The translations under genes and the position numbers were made by a program. This document shows positions 49,421-63,100 of a stretch of 64,000 nucleotides of DNA, one piece after another (the first letter of the stretch is position 1; each line of letters begins with the position of its first letter). Origin of the DNA: Isurus oxyrinchus (Eukaryota); contig JANJGN010000004.1 of assembly GCA_026770705.1 (NCBI GenBank), positions 172,174,001 to 172,238,000 of the forward strand. Direction: 5' to 3'. The notes under the pieces are model-generated. The model made no database searches. It saw nothing but the letters and a program-made list of their open reading frames with translations, and was not told the origin of the DNA.

Positions 49421-52097
49421 GGTCACACAGAGCAGGACACGTTGCTGGAAGAGGGAGGAGGCAGAAGGGGAGAAGGGCTCTCAGCAGGAGGCCATATCCG
49501 TTCAGGGTGCAATTCTCTAACCCAAACCTCAGCGAGGGACTATGTGTGCAATGCCTGCACTTCAGTTAGGATATCCTCAGTGAAATCTGCTAACTGCTGC
49601 TTCCACAATTACAACCTCAGAGCAGGGTAAGGACTGCATTGCCAATGACTGTGAAGGCGAGTGTTGCGATAAGCTTTTAAGCATCTGCCTCCTTCCAGCA
49701 TGGAGCTGGAGATATTACGACATCGGCAGTGCGCCATTCACTGTTATGCAGGGCCTCGGAGAAGTGGGCACACACAGTGCAAAACACTAGGCCTGGAGAC
49801 TAGGAAGGCCTGGACTTGATGTTGTAAATGGAGACTGAGCAGCCAGAGCTTTAGACCTGAAGCTTGGATTTAAAAAGATTAGAACTGTCACCCTGACAGT
49901 TTGTTTTTTTCCCCAAAGCCAGTCCTTCAGGTCAGTTCCACTAATAATTGCAGTGCTGCTGCTTCCACTCTTTGGGCAGCTTTGTGGTTCCAATGTTTTT
50001 TTAAAAAAGCCTGCCAGAAAATCATGAAGCTGCCTGAAGGCCAGCAGCAGTTCCGACTCTGCAGTAACTATCACAAGAGTGCTCTTGGTTGAAAATCTGG
50101 TCGAGAAATGACAAGTGAAATCCCTGGAATTATTTTTGAGCTAATTGGATGCTGTGAGGTGGTTGGGGTCGGGGGGGTGGCGGGGGGGGGGGGGGGAGGC
50201 GGACTCTTAAGGTCATTTTGGGATGAGTGAGATGAACTGGGCTACATGGCTTTTGTCCTCCATAATTATCTTGTGAACAGATGATGGTGAAATAATGGCC
50301 GGAATTCTGTTTATTTTGTCATTAGTGGAAGTTTACTATGAACAGGCTTTGTGGGATGAAACTGCCAGGAGTATGCAATGGGTTCATGGTGAATCAGTAC
50401 CCTGTTTTACACTGTATGTCCTTCTTTTCCATTGGCTTCAATCTTGTCCTATTTGTTTATTTACGTATTATCTCACTCTATCTTGGTCCTTTTTATGAGT
50501 ATTTTTTGAGTTTTGAGATTACTCAAATATAGTGATAAAGTTATATTGCATAGTTGATATTGAAAATACATTGTAGTGAGAAGCAGCAAAGTCTTTAGAC
50601 TTGCTGATCAAGAAAACACAGATAAAATTGTGAACCAGTCTTTATCATCTGGCCTCTTAAAAGTTGTGTCTCACAGAGACACTTGAGGGTACCAACACTT
50701 CTCACTGCCAGTGAAGACCTATGTTGTTCAATCATTCCACTTTGTTGCTTCAAAGTTATTTGATCTTTCTACCCTGTGAGACTACTGATGAAATAGAATC
50801 AAGTAACACCCTCTGTTTGAAATAATTCTATTAAATGGTATTGTGCATACAGGCAGGAGAAGGTTTTATTCTGCTTCTATAGAATGGGAAAGATCCTTTG
50901 AAATTTAAGTGGTTTTCATGACCATAGGGCATCCCAAAGCACTTTGAAGCCAGTAGCCTACCTTTGAAATGTAGTCACGGCAGTTGAGTTAACAGTTTTG
51001 CTTTTATTTAAAGCATGTCTACCACAAAGTTGCCCAAAGGTCTTTCCCACTCTCAGCAACTGTATGTTGTTAAACTGTCAATTGCTGAGAGTGGGAACTG
51101 ACAGCAGAACAGTGATTGGAAGAGGAATAGGTGTGGGAAAGACAGAGCTGCTCCACCAATGACAGATTCTGTCTCCCCCACAGTGGATATGTGCACGTTC
51201 TTCATTTTGTTCTTTGATTTTTGGTGATTGGCTTGCCAGGCTGGTTTTCCAGTGGTTCTGCATGGTACTGTATGTCCATCTCTCCCTCATAATGATCGCT
51301 AGATACCTTTACAGACCAAAGTACTTCATTTTATGTATGAAACAGAAATGAACAAGTTACAATGCGTGAACAGGACTACAGGTATGAGTGTACTGCTGGG
51401 GGTTTTCTTTTGAAGCTCTCGTGCTATCTTCCCTTGAATTTGCTCAAACCTGATGAATGCAATCTATGGGGAAAACCAATGAAACAAGACAAGACATTGC
51501 ATTCACTGCTCAATTTAAACATTTCTCCAGCTCCTCTAATCACGGTTCCCTCCCTCCTGCTCTTGCTGCTCCTCCAGAGACAGAATCTACGATTGGAAGA
51601 GCAGAAAGGTTGGGCGAGAGGGAACCTGTGACTGGAGGAGCTGGAGCAGTTATTCTGGCTGTTCCCACTGTTTTTTTTTTAGCTACACTGAACAATTTGT
51701 GGCAACACCTTCTGGGACTCCAAGGAGAAGAAACATAAAATGAAAGAACAGGCTTTGCTGGTAATGAGGTCAGAGCAGGCCCTGGGAGCTGTCAAATCAG
51801 TCCTGTGCAAGGCTGGTCCTAGCTGTTGTCCACATCCTCAGCACGAGCCACTTCCAGGAAACTGGAACTTCCCTTGAGTGAGATGAGTGACTGCTGTGTC
51901 AGTGTGTCCAGGAGAGGGAGGAGGGAGATTAGGCAGCAGCGAGTGAATGGGACTGTCCCTTCTCCTCCACCCCTCCCCTCCCTCCCTCTTCCCTTCTACA
52001 ACTCTCCAACAATGAAACAACACAAACTGCAGCATGGAGGCAGTTTCTCTTTTCTTACAGAACAGGTAGTCAAAATATAATAAAACAAAACCCAGAA

Positions 52098-52485
52098 GGC
52101 GGTGGCATTGTCACTGGATTATTAATCCAAATACCCAGGGTAATGCTCTGCGACCCAGGTTCGAATCTCACCACGCCAGATGGTGACATTTGAATTCAGT
52201 AAAAGAATATGGAATTAAAAGTCTAATGATGACCATGAAACCATTATCGATTGTCGTAAAAACCCATCTGGTTCACTAATGTTCTTTAGGGGAGGAAATC
52301 TGCCATCCTTACCTGGTCTGGCCTACATGTGACTCCAGCCCCACAGCAATGTGCTTGACTCTTAAAATGAAAATCCACAGCAATCTTAAATGCCTTCTGA
52401 AATGTCCTAGCAAGCCATTCAGTTCTCAAGGGCAATTAGGGATGGGCAATAAATGCCCATGTCCCATGAACGAATAAAAAAAAAA
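52098..52485 (+). mobile_element. tRNA-derived SINE with LINE family B tail
   Basis: B box GGTTCGAATCT at 52158; tail TCTCAAGGGCAATTAGGGATGGGCAATAAATGC..CCCATGAACGAAT(A)n. Confidence 0.88.
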
Positions 52486-52929
52486 GGTTCTCTTGCAATC
52501 TGGGCTACCAGCATTGAATCTTTCCATCAAATATGAATTTACTGTCACTGCAATGTGCAGAACATATTAATGAGGCACTCACCAAAATCAGTGTTAGCAT
52601 CTGCACAATGGTATAAATAATAATGGAATATTTTTCCTGTCAAATTAACTATATTGCATAATGTTGTTAAAACAAATATGTACTTTTTTTTGTTAACAGT
52701 CATGGTGAGATCATCTATAGGGCATACACAAGCTACCACTGCATTATATCATTGCTTCTCTTAATATTAATGACCCAAGCTGCATATCTAGCAGACAATA
52801 TTTGTAATCTTGAAATGGGAAATAAAATAATATGCATGATTGAAGGGGGAGGGTTAAAGGGGGACCGCATGCATATCAATTCACAGACACCACATGTCAC
52901 CTCTGCTATATACTGTAACTAAAGGGATT

Positions 52930-55400
52930 CTATTCCTTCTACTTCCAGCTGCTATGCAGAGAATCATGGAGGTCAATGCCCAGTAACTTGACACAAGTCA
53001 TGGTGCCTTCATTCTGCAGCAGCCTGCTGTGCCATCGGAATTTGAGCCACCATGGCAAACCAAATGATGGATAATGGATGAATAGGGCTAACCATTGACC
53101 ACATGGCTGATAACACCAGTGTGCAACTCATGCGCACATAGGCAGCATGCATACAATGAAAACAATATATGAGAGAGCAAGCCACTGGCATACTAAAACA
53201 ACGTTTCCACTGCCTGGGCTGCTCTGGGGAGCCCTGCAGTACTCGGCAGAGTAAGCGTCATGACCTGCTGCATTCTCACAACTTCCTTATTATGAGGCCA
53301 CAGCCCTTGCCAAGAGTTGAATGGCGAGCTGCTAAGGCACAAAAGCAGGAGAAGGAGGAGTAAGAGGAAGAGAGGAGGCAGTCTAGATAGGCCTTTTCTG
53401 GCTATGCTGTTTGTGAGGAGCTAAGCTGATTGTGATATCAGTCATTGCACTGTGAATTCCATATTCACCAGAGTCTCCCAACTTACCGTCTCTGTCACTG
53501 GCTACTGTCCACTTTGCCAAAATGCAAAAGCAAAGGTCAGCACAAAATAAACATTCCAAACATAATTTACAAATGAAATCATTCCAAAGATCAACTAACT
53601 ACCCTTTTGTATTCCGTTAGTGCCTGTCTTCCGTGTACCATTGTCTATCCTAGTGCTGTGCTACTTGAGTGGTTGCAGCACGGTTGGTGCAAGGCTGCTG
53701 ACTTGCAGTGGAGATGACTGTATATACCTAGCAGAATATCCTTGTGCAGCTCTGGGCCAGGCTAGAAAGCCAGGCTGCTGTCTGCACCATCTTGCAACGC
53801 ATGGCAGCAATAATATGTGCTAGTTGGCTGAAAGGCAACAGCAAGGGTGCTGGTGGAGTGGTACTGGTGGAATTCCATCATCTTGAGAGAGAACAGCAGG
53901 TTGCTGCTCTACGGAGCCACTGCCACTCCCCTTGAATGGTGCATCAGCATCAGTCCTGGTACTCTGTAGGTGGATAGATTGCTGGTCTGCTGTGACACTC
54001 TGCAAGACCCTTTGAATGCTAGTATCCATAGCCATGATGACAGCAATCTGAGCTTACATGGCAACATGCTGACTTTGCAATGACTTCAATCTGAACTTCC
54101 ACTTCAGCTCGCAGACATCTGGTTGAAGCTGAATGTGTTATCATTGTGCTGCAATGGAAGTGAGACATCGGTCACCTGATGTTGCATCATGGCTGGGTTC
54201 ACAAGTTGCTGGTGGAGTTGACTACAACTTTCACACTAAAAAGGTTGGGCTTCAATCTCTGCACAAAGACCTGTGCCATTTTGGTGCCTGATTCCTTCAC
54301 GCTCCATGGTGTTAACCGCAGGCTTTCTGGCAAGCCTGCTAAAGCACCAAGCATTTTGTTGTGCATACCCAATATCTTCCATATGTTACACCATCAAATC
54401 ATGAGGGTCCTCTGCAGCAGTGCTCATGTGCGACTTCACTCTTGGGCGAGCTGGCACCTTTGCTATCCTTGCACCTTGCCTTGGCTGCAGATTATTCATG
54501 ACTGGTGTATCACATACAAATGTGACCTCTGTGTTACCCTCAAAATTGCACATGGTGTTAGCTGGTGGCTGAGAGTGTGAAATCATGTGTCAGTGCATCT
54601 TCATCACCTATCTCTTGTTGTTCCTGCATTGCCAGGCCATGTCGCAATTCTTTACAGATGAAAGGGGAAGGCACTAAGAATGAAGTGGTGCTGAGAAAAG
54701 TGGGAGAAAGCAGGAAGTGTATGATTAAACCATGTAACTCAGAAAAATATTGTAGGATGAGGGGCAAGTGGAATGTGAAGATTAGTTTTGAAGATCATGT
54801 CATCTTTGATGGTTTCAGCATCTCCACTGGCCAAAGCCTCAATAACGGCCTGTACTATCTCTTCCATAGACCTCAGGGCATGCAGGTGAACCTGCCTGAC
54901 AGTTAGCTCCTGCTGCCTCTGATAGTCATCCCTTCCTGCAAGACCAAGAGAAGTGCGTCAGTGAGCGGCACGCAGTTTGTTTGTTGAACCTGCATTCACT
55001 GATCACCAGCAGCCGTGTGAGATCATTGAATATCTTGCACATCATTCAGGTCCTGGGAGCTTGACTCCTGACATTGACTTCCATGGCTATCAGCTCCCAG
55101 TGTCTTTTAAGAATGTGTCTGGAGGCCTTCTGCTCCGCCACTACCATGAATACAGAACCTTTCTCCCCCTTCCTGCCTCCCCCATGGCCTCCAGTGCATG
55201 ATCTGAAAATCTTGGTGTTTGATTTTTCCCATATTGTCCCATTCTTCAGTCTTTCCCAAGAATGACTTGTACAGCACTTGCTCCAGTCACAATGTACACA
55301 ATGTAACACCCACCATACCACCGCACCACACCCCCACCCCCCCCCTCCGCCAAACATGCTCCATAATCCCTTTAAGAGATGGAGCCTCACTTTAATTAGT
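52930..55400. mobile_element. Old Harbinger remnant: transposase C-half (+, ~52950-53400) convergent with Myb/SANT gene (-, ~53600-55250)
   Basis: SHGAFILQQ, EQATGILKQRFHCLGCSG, LHNFLI-like motif; KASRHILKRHWELIAMEVNVRSQAPRT..FNDL; element end may resume at ~58005-58151 beyond the LINE. Confidence 0.75.
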
Positions 55401-56363
55401 GTAGGCTAGCTTCAACTGGTGCTGACCATTCGTCATATTGGTCTCCTGCTGAAGCATCCAAAATGGGATAGATTCTGAACAGATCTTGCAACTCAAGACT
55501 GGGTATCCATGATGCACTGTGGGCAGCAGCAGCAGCAGAATTGTGCTCAACCACAATTTGTAACCTTATGGCCCAACATATCCTCCACTCCACCATTACC
55601 ACCAAGCCAGGGGATCAACCCTGGTTCGAAGAAGAATGCAGGAGGGTATGCCATTAGCAGCACCAGGCATCCCTAAAAATGAGGTGTCAACCTGGTGACG
55701 GTACAGCACAGGACTATTTCTGTGCCAAACATATACACAGCAAATGATAGACAGAGCTAAGCAATTCCACAGCCAACAGTTCAGATCTAAGCTCTGCAGT
55801 CCTGCCACATCCAGTCGTGAATGGTGGTGAACAATTAAACATCTCACTGGAGGAGGAGGCTCCACAAATATCTCCATCCTCAATGATGGGGGAGCCCAGC
55901 ACATCAGTGCAAAAGATAAGGCTAAAGTATTTGCTACAATCATCAGCCAGAGCCAGAAGTGCCGAGTGGATGATCCATCTTGGCCTCCTACGGAGGTCCC
56001 CAGCATCAAAGATGCCTGTCTTCAGCCAATTCAATTCACTCCACATGATATCATGAAACTGCTGAAGGCACTGGATACTGCGAAGGCTATGGATCCTGAC
56101 AATATTCCGGCAATAGTAATGAAGACTTGTGCTCCAGAACTTGCCGCACCCCTAGCCAAGCTGTTCCAGTACAGCTACAACACTGACATCTACCTGGCAA
56201 TGTGGAAGTTGCCCATGTATGTCCTGTACATAAAAATCAAGACAAATCCAACTCGGCCATTTACCACCCCATCAATCTACTCTCGATCATCAGTAAAGTG
56301 ATGGAAAGGGTCATCAACAGTGCTATCAAGTGGCAATTGTTTAGCAAAAACCTGCTCACTGAT

Positions 56364-56751
56364 ATAAAAAATAAAAACAAAAATAAAAACAAAAAAACTG
56401 CAGATGCTGGAAATCCAAAACAAAAACAGAATTACCTGGAAAAAATCAGCAGGTCTGGCAGCATCGGCGGAGAAGAAAAGAGTTGACGTTTCGAGTCCTG
56501 ATGACCCTTCGACAGAACTTGAGTGAGTCCAAGAAAGGGGTGAAATATAAGCTGGTTTAAGGTGCGAGGTGGGGGGGTGCGGGGCGGGGTTGGGTGGGGG
56601 GAGAGAGAGAGAAGTGGAGGGGTTGGTTTGGTTGTAGGGACAAACAAGCAGTAATAGAAGCAGATCATCAAAAGATGTCACAAACAACAGAACAAAAGAA
56701 CACATAGGTGTTAAAATTGGTGATATTATCTAAACAAATGTGCTAAACTGA
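56364..56751 (-). mobile_element. Penelope pLTR insertion in the LINE with 11-bp TSD
   Basis: TGCTCACTGAT at 56353-56363 and 56752-56762; near-identical to the 6992-7134 arm. Confidence 0.88.
56481..56519 (-). ncRNA. Minimal hammerhead-like motif, variant core CUGUCGA
   Basis: Reverse complement AGTT-CTGTCGA-agggtcatcaggactc-GAAAC-GTC-AACT. Confidence 0.65.
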
Positions 56752-59700
56752 TGCTCACTGATGCCCAGTTTGGGTTCTGTCAGAGCCACTCAGCTTCTCA
56801 CTTCATTACAGCCTTGGACCAAACATGGACAAAAGAGCTGAACTCCAGTGGTGAGGTGAGAGTGACCACCCTTGACATCAAAGCAGCATTTGACTGAGTG
56901 TGGCATCAAGGAGCGCAAGCAAAATTGGAATCAATGGAAATCATGGGGAAATCTTTCCATTGGTTGGAGTCATACCTAGCACAAAGGAAGATGTTTGTGG
57001 TTGTTGGAGGCCAATCACCTCAGTTCCAGGACATCACTGCAGGAGTTCCTCAGGGTAGTATCCTTGGCCCAACCATTTTCAGCTGCTTCATCAATGACCT
57101 TCCTTCCATCATAAGGTCAGAAGTGGGGACGTTTGCTGATGATTGCATAATGTTCAGCACCATTCACTACTCCTCAGATACTGAAGCAGTCCATGTCCAA
57201 ATGCAGCAAGACCTGGACAGTATCCAGGCTGAGATTCACAAGTGGCAAGTAACATTTGCGCCACACAAGTGTCAGGCAATGACCATTTCCAACAAGAATG
57301 AGTCTAACCATCGTCCCTTGACATTCAATGGCATTAGCATCGCTGAATCCCCCACTATCAACATCTTGGGGGCTACCATTGACCAGAAACTGAACTGGAC
57401 TAGCCATATAAATACTTTGGCTACAAGAGCAGGTTAGAGGCTAGGAGTCCTGCAGCAACTAACTCACCTCCTGACTCCCCAAAGCATGTCCACCATCTAC
57501 ACAGCACAAGTCGGGAGTGTGATAGAATACTCTCCGCTTGCCTGAATGAGTGCAGCTCCCACAAACCTCAAGAAGCTTGACAATGTCCAGAACAAAGCAC
57601 CCTTCCTACAAACATTCACTCCCTTCACCACCGACGCACAGCGACAGTTGTGTGTACGGCCTACAAGGTGCACTGTAGAAACTCACTACGGCTCTTTAGG
57701 CTGCTCATTCTAAGCCCATGACTGCTGGAAGTACAAGGGAAGCTGATAGATGGGAACATCACCACCTGCAAGTTCCCCTCCAACCCACTCACCATCCTGA
57801 CTTGGAAATATATTGCCATTTCTTCACTGTGGCTGGGCTAAAGGCCTGGAACACCCTCCCTAACAGCACTGTGGGTGTACCTACACCACATGGACTGCAG
57901 CGGTTCAAGAAGGCAGCTCACCACCACTTTCTCAAGGACAGTTAGGAATGGGCAATAAATGTTGGCCTAGCCAGCGATGCCCACATCCCATAAATGAATA
58001 AAAACACTCAACAGCATACATGCCAAGTGGCTGAATGGTGTAAACATGAAAATTAGCCGGCAACATGAGTTGGCGCATGCTTAGAACAGATAGGAGATAA
58101 TAATATATCGCAATCCCTACATCAGTTTTCAGAGGCTATCAAATCGAGCCCCCTTTTGCTATATTCAAATATGTGCTGCATGTCAGAAATATTTCATACT
58201 AAAAAGCAACAAAACACTAATGGTGAATTGCAAGTGTTCGCTGATATACCATTCAGCGCTAAATCAGCAGGCATGCTGCAATGGATTCAAATGTAATTAC
58301 AACTTGAAACTGTGTTTACTCAATATCTAATTTGTTTTAGAAGTCAAGTGAAGCTGGAGTGAAAATATAGACATGGATACTTTCTGTAGTCACTTTTTTT
58401 TTATCAGATACGTCAATAGCCTGCACAATATGAGAAGTGCAGTGCTCATTACAGTAAATGGAGTCTACTCTGACAGCTCTGTGCCAGTTGTTTTTATGTC
58501 ACTGCTGCAACACTGTATCACTGATTGGTAAGTTAAGGGAGTTCTCAAGCATTCTGTATGTTCTGATTGTCAATGAAACAATACCGAATGTGCATGCACA
58601 TTTCTCATTGCAGTGACAACCAGATGAGTCAAGTAGAGATGCGAAATCTCATCTGTCTCACCAGAAAAGCACCAAGGACTTTGCTTGATGGCAGCACAGC
58701 TGAAGCCCTCAAACAGTGCAGCTCAAACAATAAGCATGTTTGAATGATCCAAATCTGCTTTACATGTACTTAAAGTTTGACACGAAAATGGGTCGGATTA
58801 ATAATTCGCCCATTATAAATTCCGCTTATGAGTTGACTGACACAATATCGGTTCCCTTAAACCCTCTTCTGGTCACTCCCATTTACTTACTGGTCTATGA
58901 AAACTACAATGGATTTTAGTGCATGGAAATGGAGATTATTCTGCAGGCATGCCAAAGGGTGGCATGTAATGCTCATGCTTCATTTCTACGCTTCATTTAC
59001 TATCAATATCTAACGTACCGTGAAGCTTTCCTTGCTCTATTTTATCAACAAGATGTAGAAATTACAGGTTTTGAAAAAGCAAAAAGAGAGAAAACCAATC
59101 ATACTCCACAAATTTAATGAAGGCAAAAATGCTTATTTAGTGATGATAAACTTGGGACAGAATCGTCCGGTTCAGCCAGCAATGGAAAACCTGGTGGGTG
59201 GGGGAACTTAATTTGGCGTGAGGCCAAAAATCAGTTTCCTGATTGCGGGATGAACTTTTGCAATTACGTTCTTGGGACTTTAAAGGCAGATCGAGCTTCC
59301 CGACGAACAATGTTGCGAAGTGCTTTTGCATGCATTAGCATGTCATGCATACTCCTTAAAGGGCTAGCTCACTGGAATTAAGTTCCCCCTCCAAATTAAG
59401 TTCCCAGCCAGTGAGAAATTAGAATGTTTGCTTTCATGACTGCACACAAGTGGCCTGCAACTGGTGAGGTAGACTCCTTCCATGATTAACGGTGAGTTGC
59501 CACTGCATTGTCCTCTTTGGGGAGTGACTGTAAATGCCAGCCTATGCTTGTGACTGGGTTGTGGCAGTGCAAGTTGCGTGGAGGATGACCAAGGAAGGGA
59601 GGAAGGGTCAGTGGGGTAGGGTGGGGCAGTTGCCGGGCAAAGACGGAAGGAATAGTGCAGGCTGTCCTGGTTCCCTTTAAATATGGCACCCAGACCTTTG

Positions 59701-59944
59701 ACCCTATGAGGTAATGGTGGGGACAGAAACTTCCTGCCTGGCCCTGCCATGAGAATCAGTGAGATCTTCACAGATCTCAAATTTAGTGAGCTGAACGTCA
59801 CAAGATTGTAGCTGTCCCACCACCACCACCCTGCCCCCGACCCCTGACCCCCGACCCCCCCCCCCCCCCCATACTCCCCCTGTGGAAATTACTCTGACTT
59901 CTGCACTCGCCACTGTAGTAATTGTAAATTAAACCTTTTCTTAC

Positions 59945-60117
59945 TGTTATGGGGATCATGTGACTGCACAGACAAATCAGCCCTAAGCATGTGGAATCTG
60001 AGGGGTGGAGTTTTTTAGCCTTGGCCTGGGGACAAGCACGTAGCTTCATCAGGAGATTTGTAAATAAAGTTTACTGTTTCTTACAAGAAACCCGCCCTGC
60101 ATTCTAAGTTTATTACA
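59945..60117 (+). repeat. 5' LTR of the Gypsy element (173 bp)
   Basis: TGTTAT...ATTACA termini, internal AATAAA, followed by PBS-like TAGCGACAAGGAT. Confidence 0.8.
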
Positions 60118-63100
60118 ATTAGCGACAAGGATAAGTAGCGTCGATGCAGCACTTCGCCTCACCACTGAGTATTTCGATTTTTAAGGGAAGAGAAAGAAAG
60201 TATGCTCACCAGCAATGCTTCTCCTGCAGAATTGACCTGTACGACTCATCTACCGAGGACTGGAGTCTGTACATAGAGCACCTAGGTTTCTAATTTGTTG
60301 CTAACAAAATAACGGCGGAGGAGAAACAGAAGGCAATTCTCCTAAGTGTCTGTGGGAGCAAAACCCATAGCCTAATCTTGTAGTTTGATGGCTCTGTATG
60401 TGCCAAATTCCAGATCCTTCACCGAACTAGTAGAACTCGCCAGGTGACATTTCAGCCTAAGCCTTCGGTGAACATGCAAAGATTCAAGTTCAACTCTCGA
60501 GAAAGGGTCCCCAGTTGGTCAATCGCAACGTACGTCGTGCAGTTAAAACAGTTAACGGAGCACTGTGACTTTGGTGATTCTTTAAACGACACTGCGAGAT
60601 CGTTTCGTGAGCGGCGTACACGACGATGCCGTTCAGCGTCGTTTGCTTGTATAAGTTGAGATAGGCCTGAAGTGCGCCATGGTGATAGCGCTAACAATGA
60701 GAGTGCTGAGCGGGACTCACAGGCTTTGCAGAGTGTACAACATGGCGCCGTTCTGCAGTTAGCGTGGAACCTGAGGCCGGGCCTGGCACAAAGACCGGGG
60801 AGGCTACCGTGAAGTGGGACACGGTTCCTGCTGCTAGAAAAACAGAAAGAAATACTGCAAGCAGCTCACCAGTAATCCAGAAGTTCAAGTGTTACTGTTG
60901 TGGGGGAAATCATGTACCTGAAACATGCAACATTAAAGAGGCAGAATGCCACTACTGTCAGAAAAAAGGGCATGTTGTTAAATGGTGCAGGGTTAGATCA
61001 AGACAGCCATTCAGACAGCAGGTCAAGTTAAATGAAGTGCACAATATAGGTAAACCAGAAGCGGCTGATGCTGAACATCTATTCCCTACACAATATGAAG
61101 GCCAGGAAAACTGAACCAATCACTGTTACCCTTCAAGTAAATGGAAAGCCTCTGCTCATGGAGGTGGACACAGGAGCTTCGACCACAGTGGTGGGAGAAC
61201 ACATCGTTAAATACCTCAGAGAAGGTACCCAGCCAATCAGCTTGGAGAAAACCACTGCTCAGCCAAAAACGTACCGGAGAGACAATATAGGTGAAAGGCA
61301 TCACCTCTGTACCTGTATCCTACAGGCAACAGACAGCTCAGCTGCCAGTAATTGTTGTAACAGGAGAAGGTCCTAGCCTTCTGGGCCATGATTGGTTGAA
61401 AGAAATTAAATGAAACTGGTCAGAACAGAAGGAATTGCAGAGTTGTTAAAAAAAATGACAGAGTATTCCGAGATGAGTTGAGGAAAATAAAAGGTCTACA
61501 AGCTAAAATATATGTGGACTCGCAAGCAACACCCTGGTTTTTTAAGACAAGACCTGTACCTTACGCTCTAAAGGAGAAGGTATATGTGGAATTATATCAT
61601 TTGGGGAAGTTAGGAATATTACAGCCAGTCCAATTTTCAGAATAGGCAGCACCCATAGTCCCTGTGCTAAAACCGGACCAAACTATTTGCATCTGTGGGA
61701 ATTATAAATTAAATGTGAACAAGGCTGCGAAATTAATCAAATGGCCAATCCCAAGGATTGAAGGTCTGTACGCTAAACTTGCAGGTGGAAGATCCGACAC
61801 TAACTGGACATGAGCCATGCATACCAACAGGTAGAGCTGAACAACACATCAAGAAGTTATGTCACCATAAACACACACAAGGGCCTGTACCAATATACAT
61901 GCCTACCCTTTGGTGTGTCATCTGCCTGCGTGATTTTTCAAAGAACCATGGAAAGCCTACTACAAGGACTTCTCTGAGTTACAATGTACCGGGATGACAT
62001 CCTGATCACAGGATCCATGGAAGCAGAATCTTTGGCCAACCTAGAAGAGGTTCTGAAGAGGTTTTTGAAAAAAGAAAAGTTCACTTTCCAAGCAACTGAA
62101 GTCATGTATTTGGGTCATGGAGGGGATGCCCAAGGGTTGCATCCACTAGAGGAGGAAGTCAGGGCGATCAAGGAAGCCCCCTCTCCTACCAACATCATGG
62201 AGTTCAAGTCTTTTTTGGGCATTGTAAATTATTACAGTCGATTCTTGCCTAATCTATTTACAGTTTTAGCCCCTTTACACTTATTATTAAAGAAGAACCA
62301 CAGATGGCCCAGGAAGGCACAGCAAGAGGAAACCTTCACAAGAGTAAAGAAGCTTTTACACTCATTGTGTCTGCACTTTGACCTGTCTAAGGAATTGATA
62401 CTCACTTGTGATGCATCTCCCTATGGAGTGGGAACAGTATTGTCACACAAGATGGAGTATGGATCTGAAAGATCAATAGCATATGTATCCAGAACCCTTT
62501 CTGCAGCCAAGAAAGGTTCCTCACAAATTGAAAAAGAGAGCTTTGCTATCGCATTTTGAGTAAAGAAGTTCCATCAATATTTGCACAGTTAACACTTCAC
62601 CATAGTCAGATCATAAGCCACTGTTGGGTTTGCTTAGTGAAGATAAGGCAATCCCACCAATAGCCTCTGCTACATTTCAAAGATGGGCTTTAATTTTGTC
62701 GGCATATGAGTACATATTTATGCACCGGTCGGGTGTGCGTATAGTAAATGCAGATGCCTTCAGTTGTCTCCCTTTGCCAGATAGCATTACACATGATCCA
62801 GTACCCCAAGAGGTAGTACTTGTGTTGAAATTCCTGGACTCCTCAGCAGATTGCGTGAGACGGATAAAGAATTGGACAAACTGGAATCCAATTTTATCAA
62901 GAGCCCGTGAACAGGAATTGCAAAGATGGTCAAATGCAGAAGTCTCTGAAGAATTAAAACCATTCAACGCCCATAAATTTGAACTGAATTGTCAAAGTGG
63001 CATCTCCTTATGGGGAACAAGAATCATCATCCCTTTGTAAGGAAGAGAACCACTCCTGACAGATCTTCATAGTGCGCATCCTGGTATTTCAAAAATAAAG

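Larger units (their letters stand above)
55440..58003 (+). mobile_element. LINE family B (APE-RT non-LTR retrotransposon, clade not determined), longest copy, decayed
   Basis: KAMDPDNIP, LDIKAAFD*VWHQG, GVPQGSILGP, FADD, GATIDQKLNW; 3' hairpin plus ATGA/A tail. Confidence 0.93.

Noticed and set aside
51362-52080. Short ORFs and purine-rich region as a first exon or promoter
   Set aside because: No CpG island, recognisable protein or convincing splice chain
52098-52180. tRNA gene
   Set aside because: B box is present but I cannot fold a cloverleaf, and it continues into a SINE body with a second copy at 41163
59175-59915. hAT-like element ending in CGCCACTG
   Set aside because: No convincing matching left TIR or 8-bp TSD found; probably a repeat but I cannot classify it
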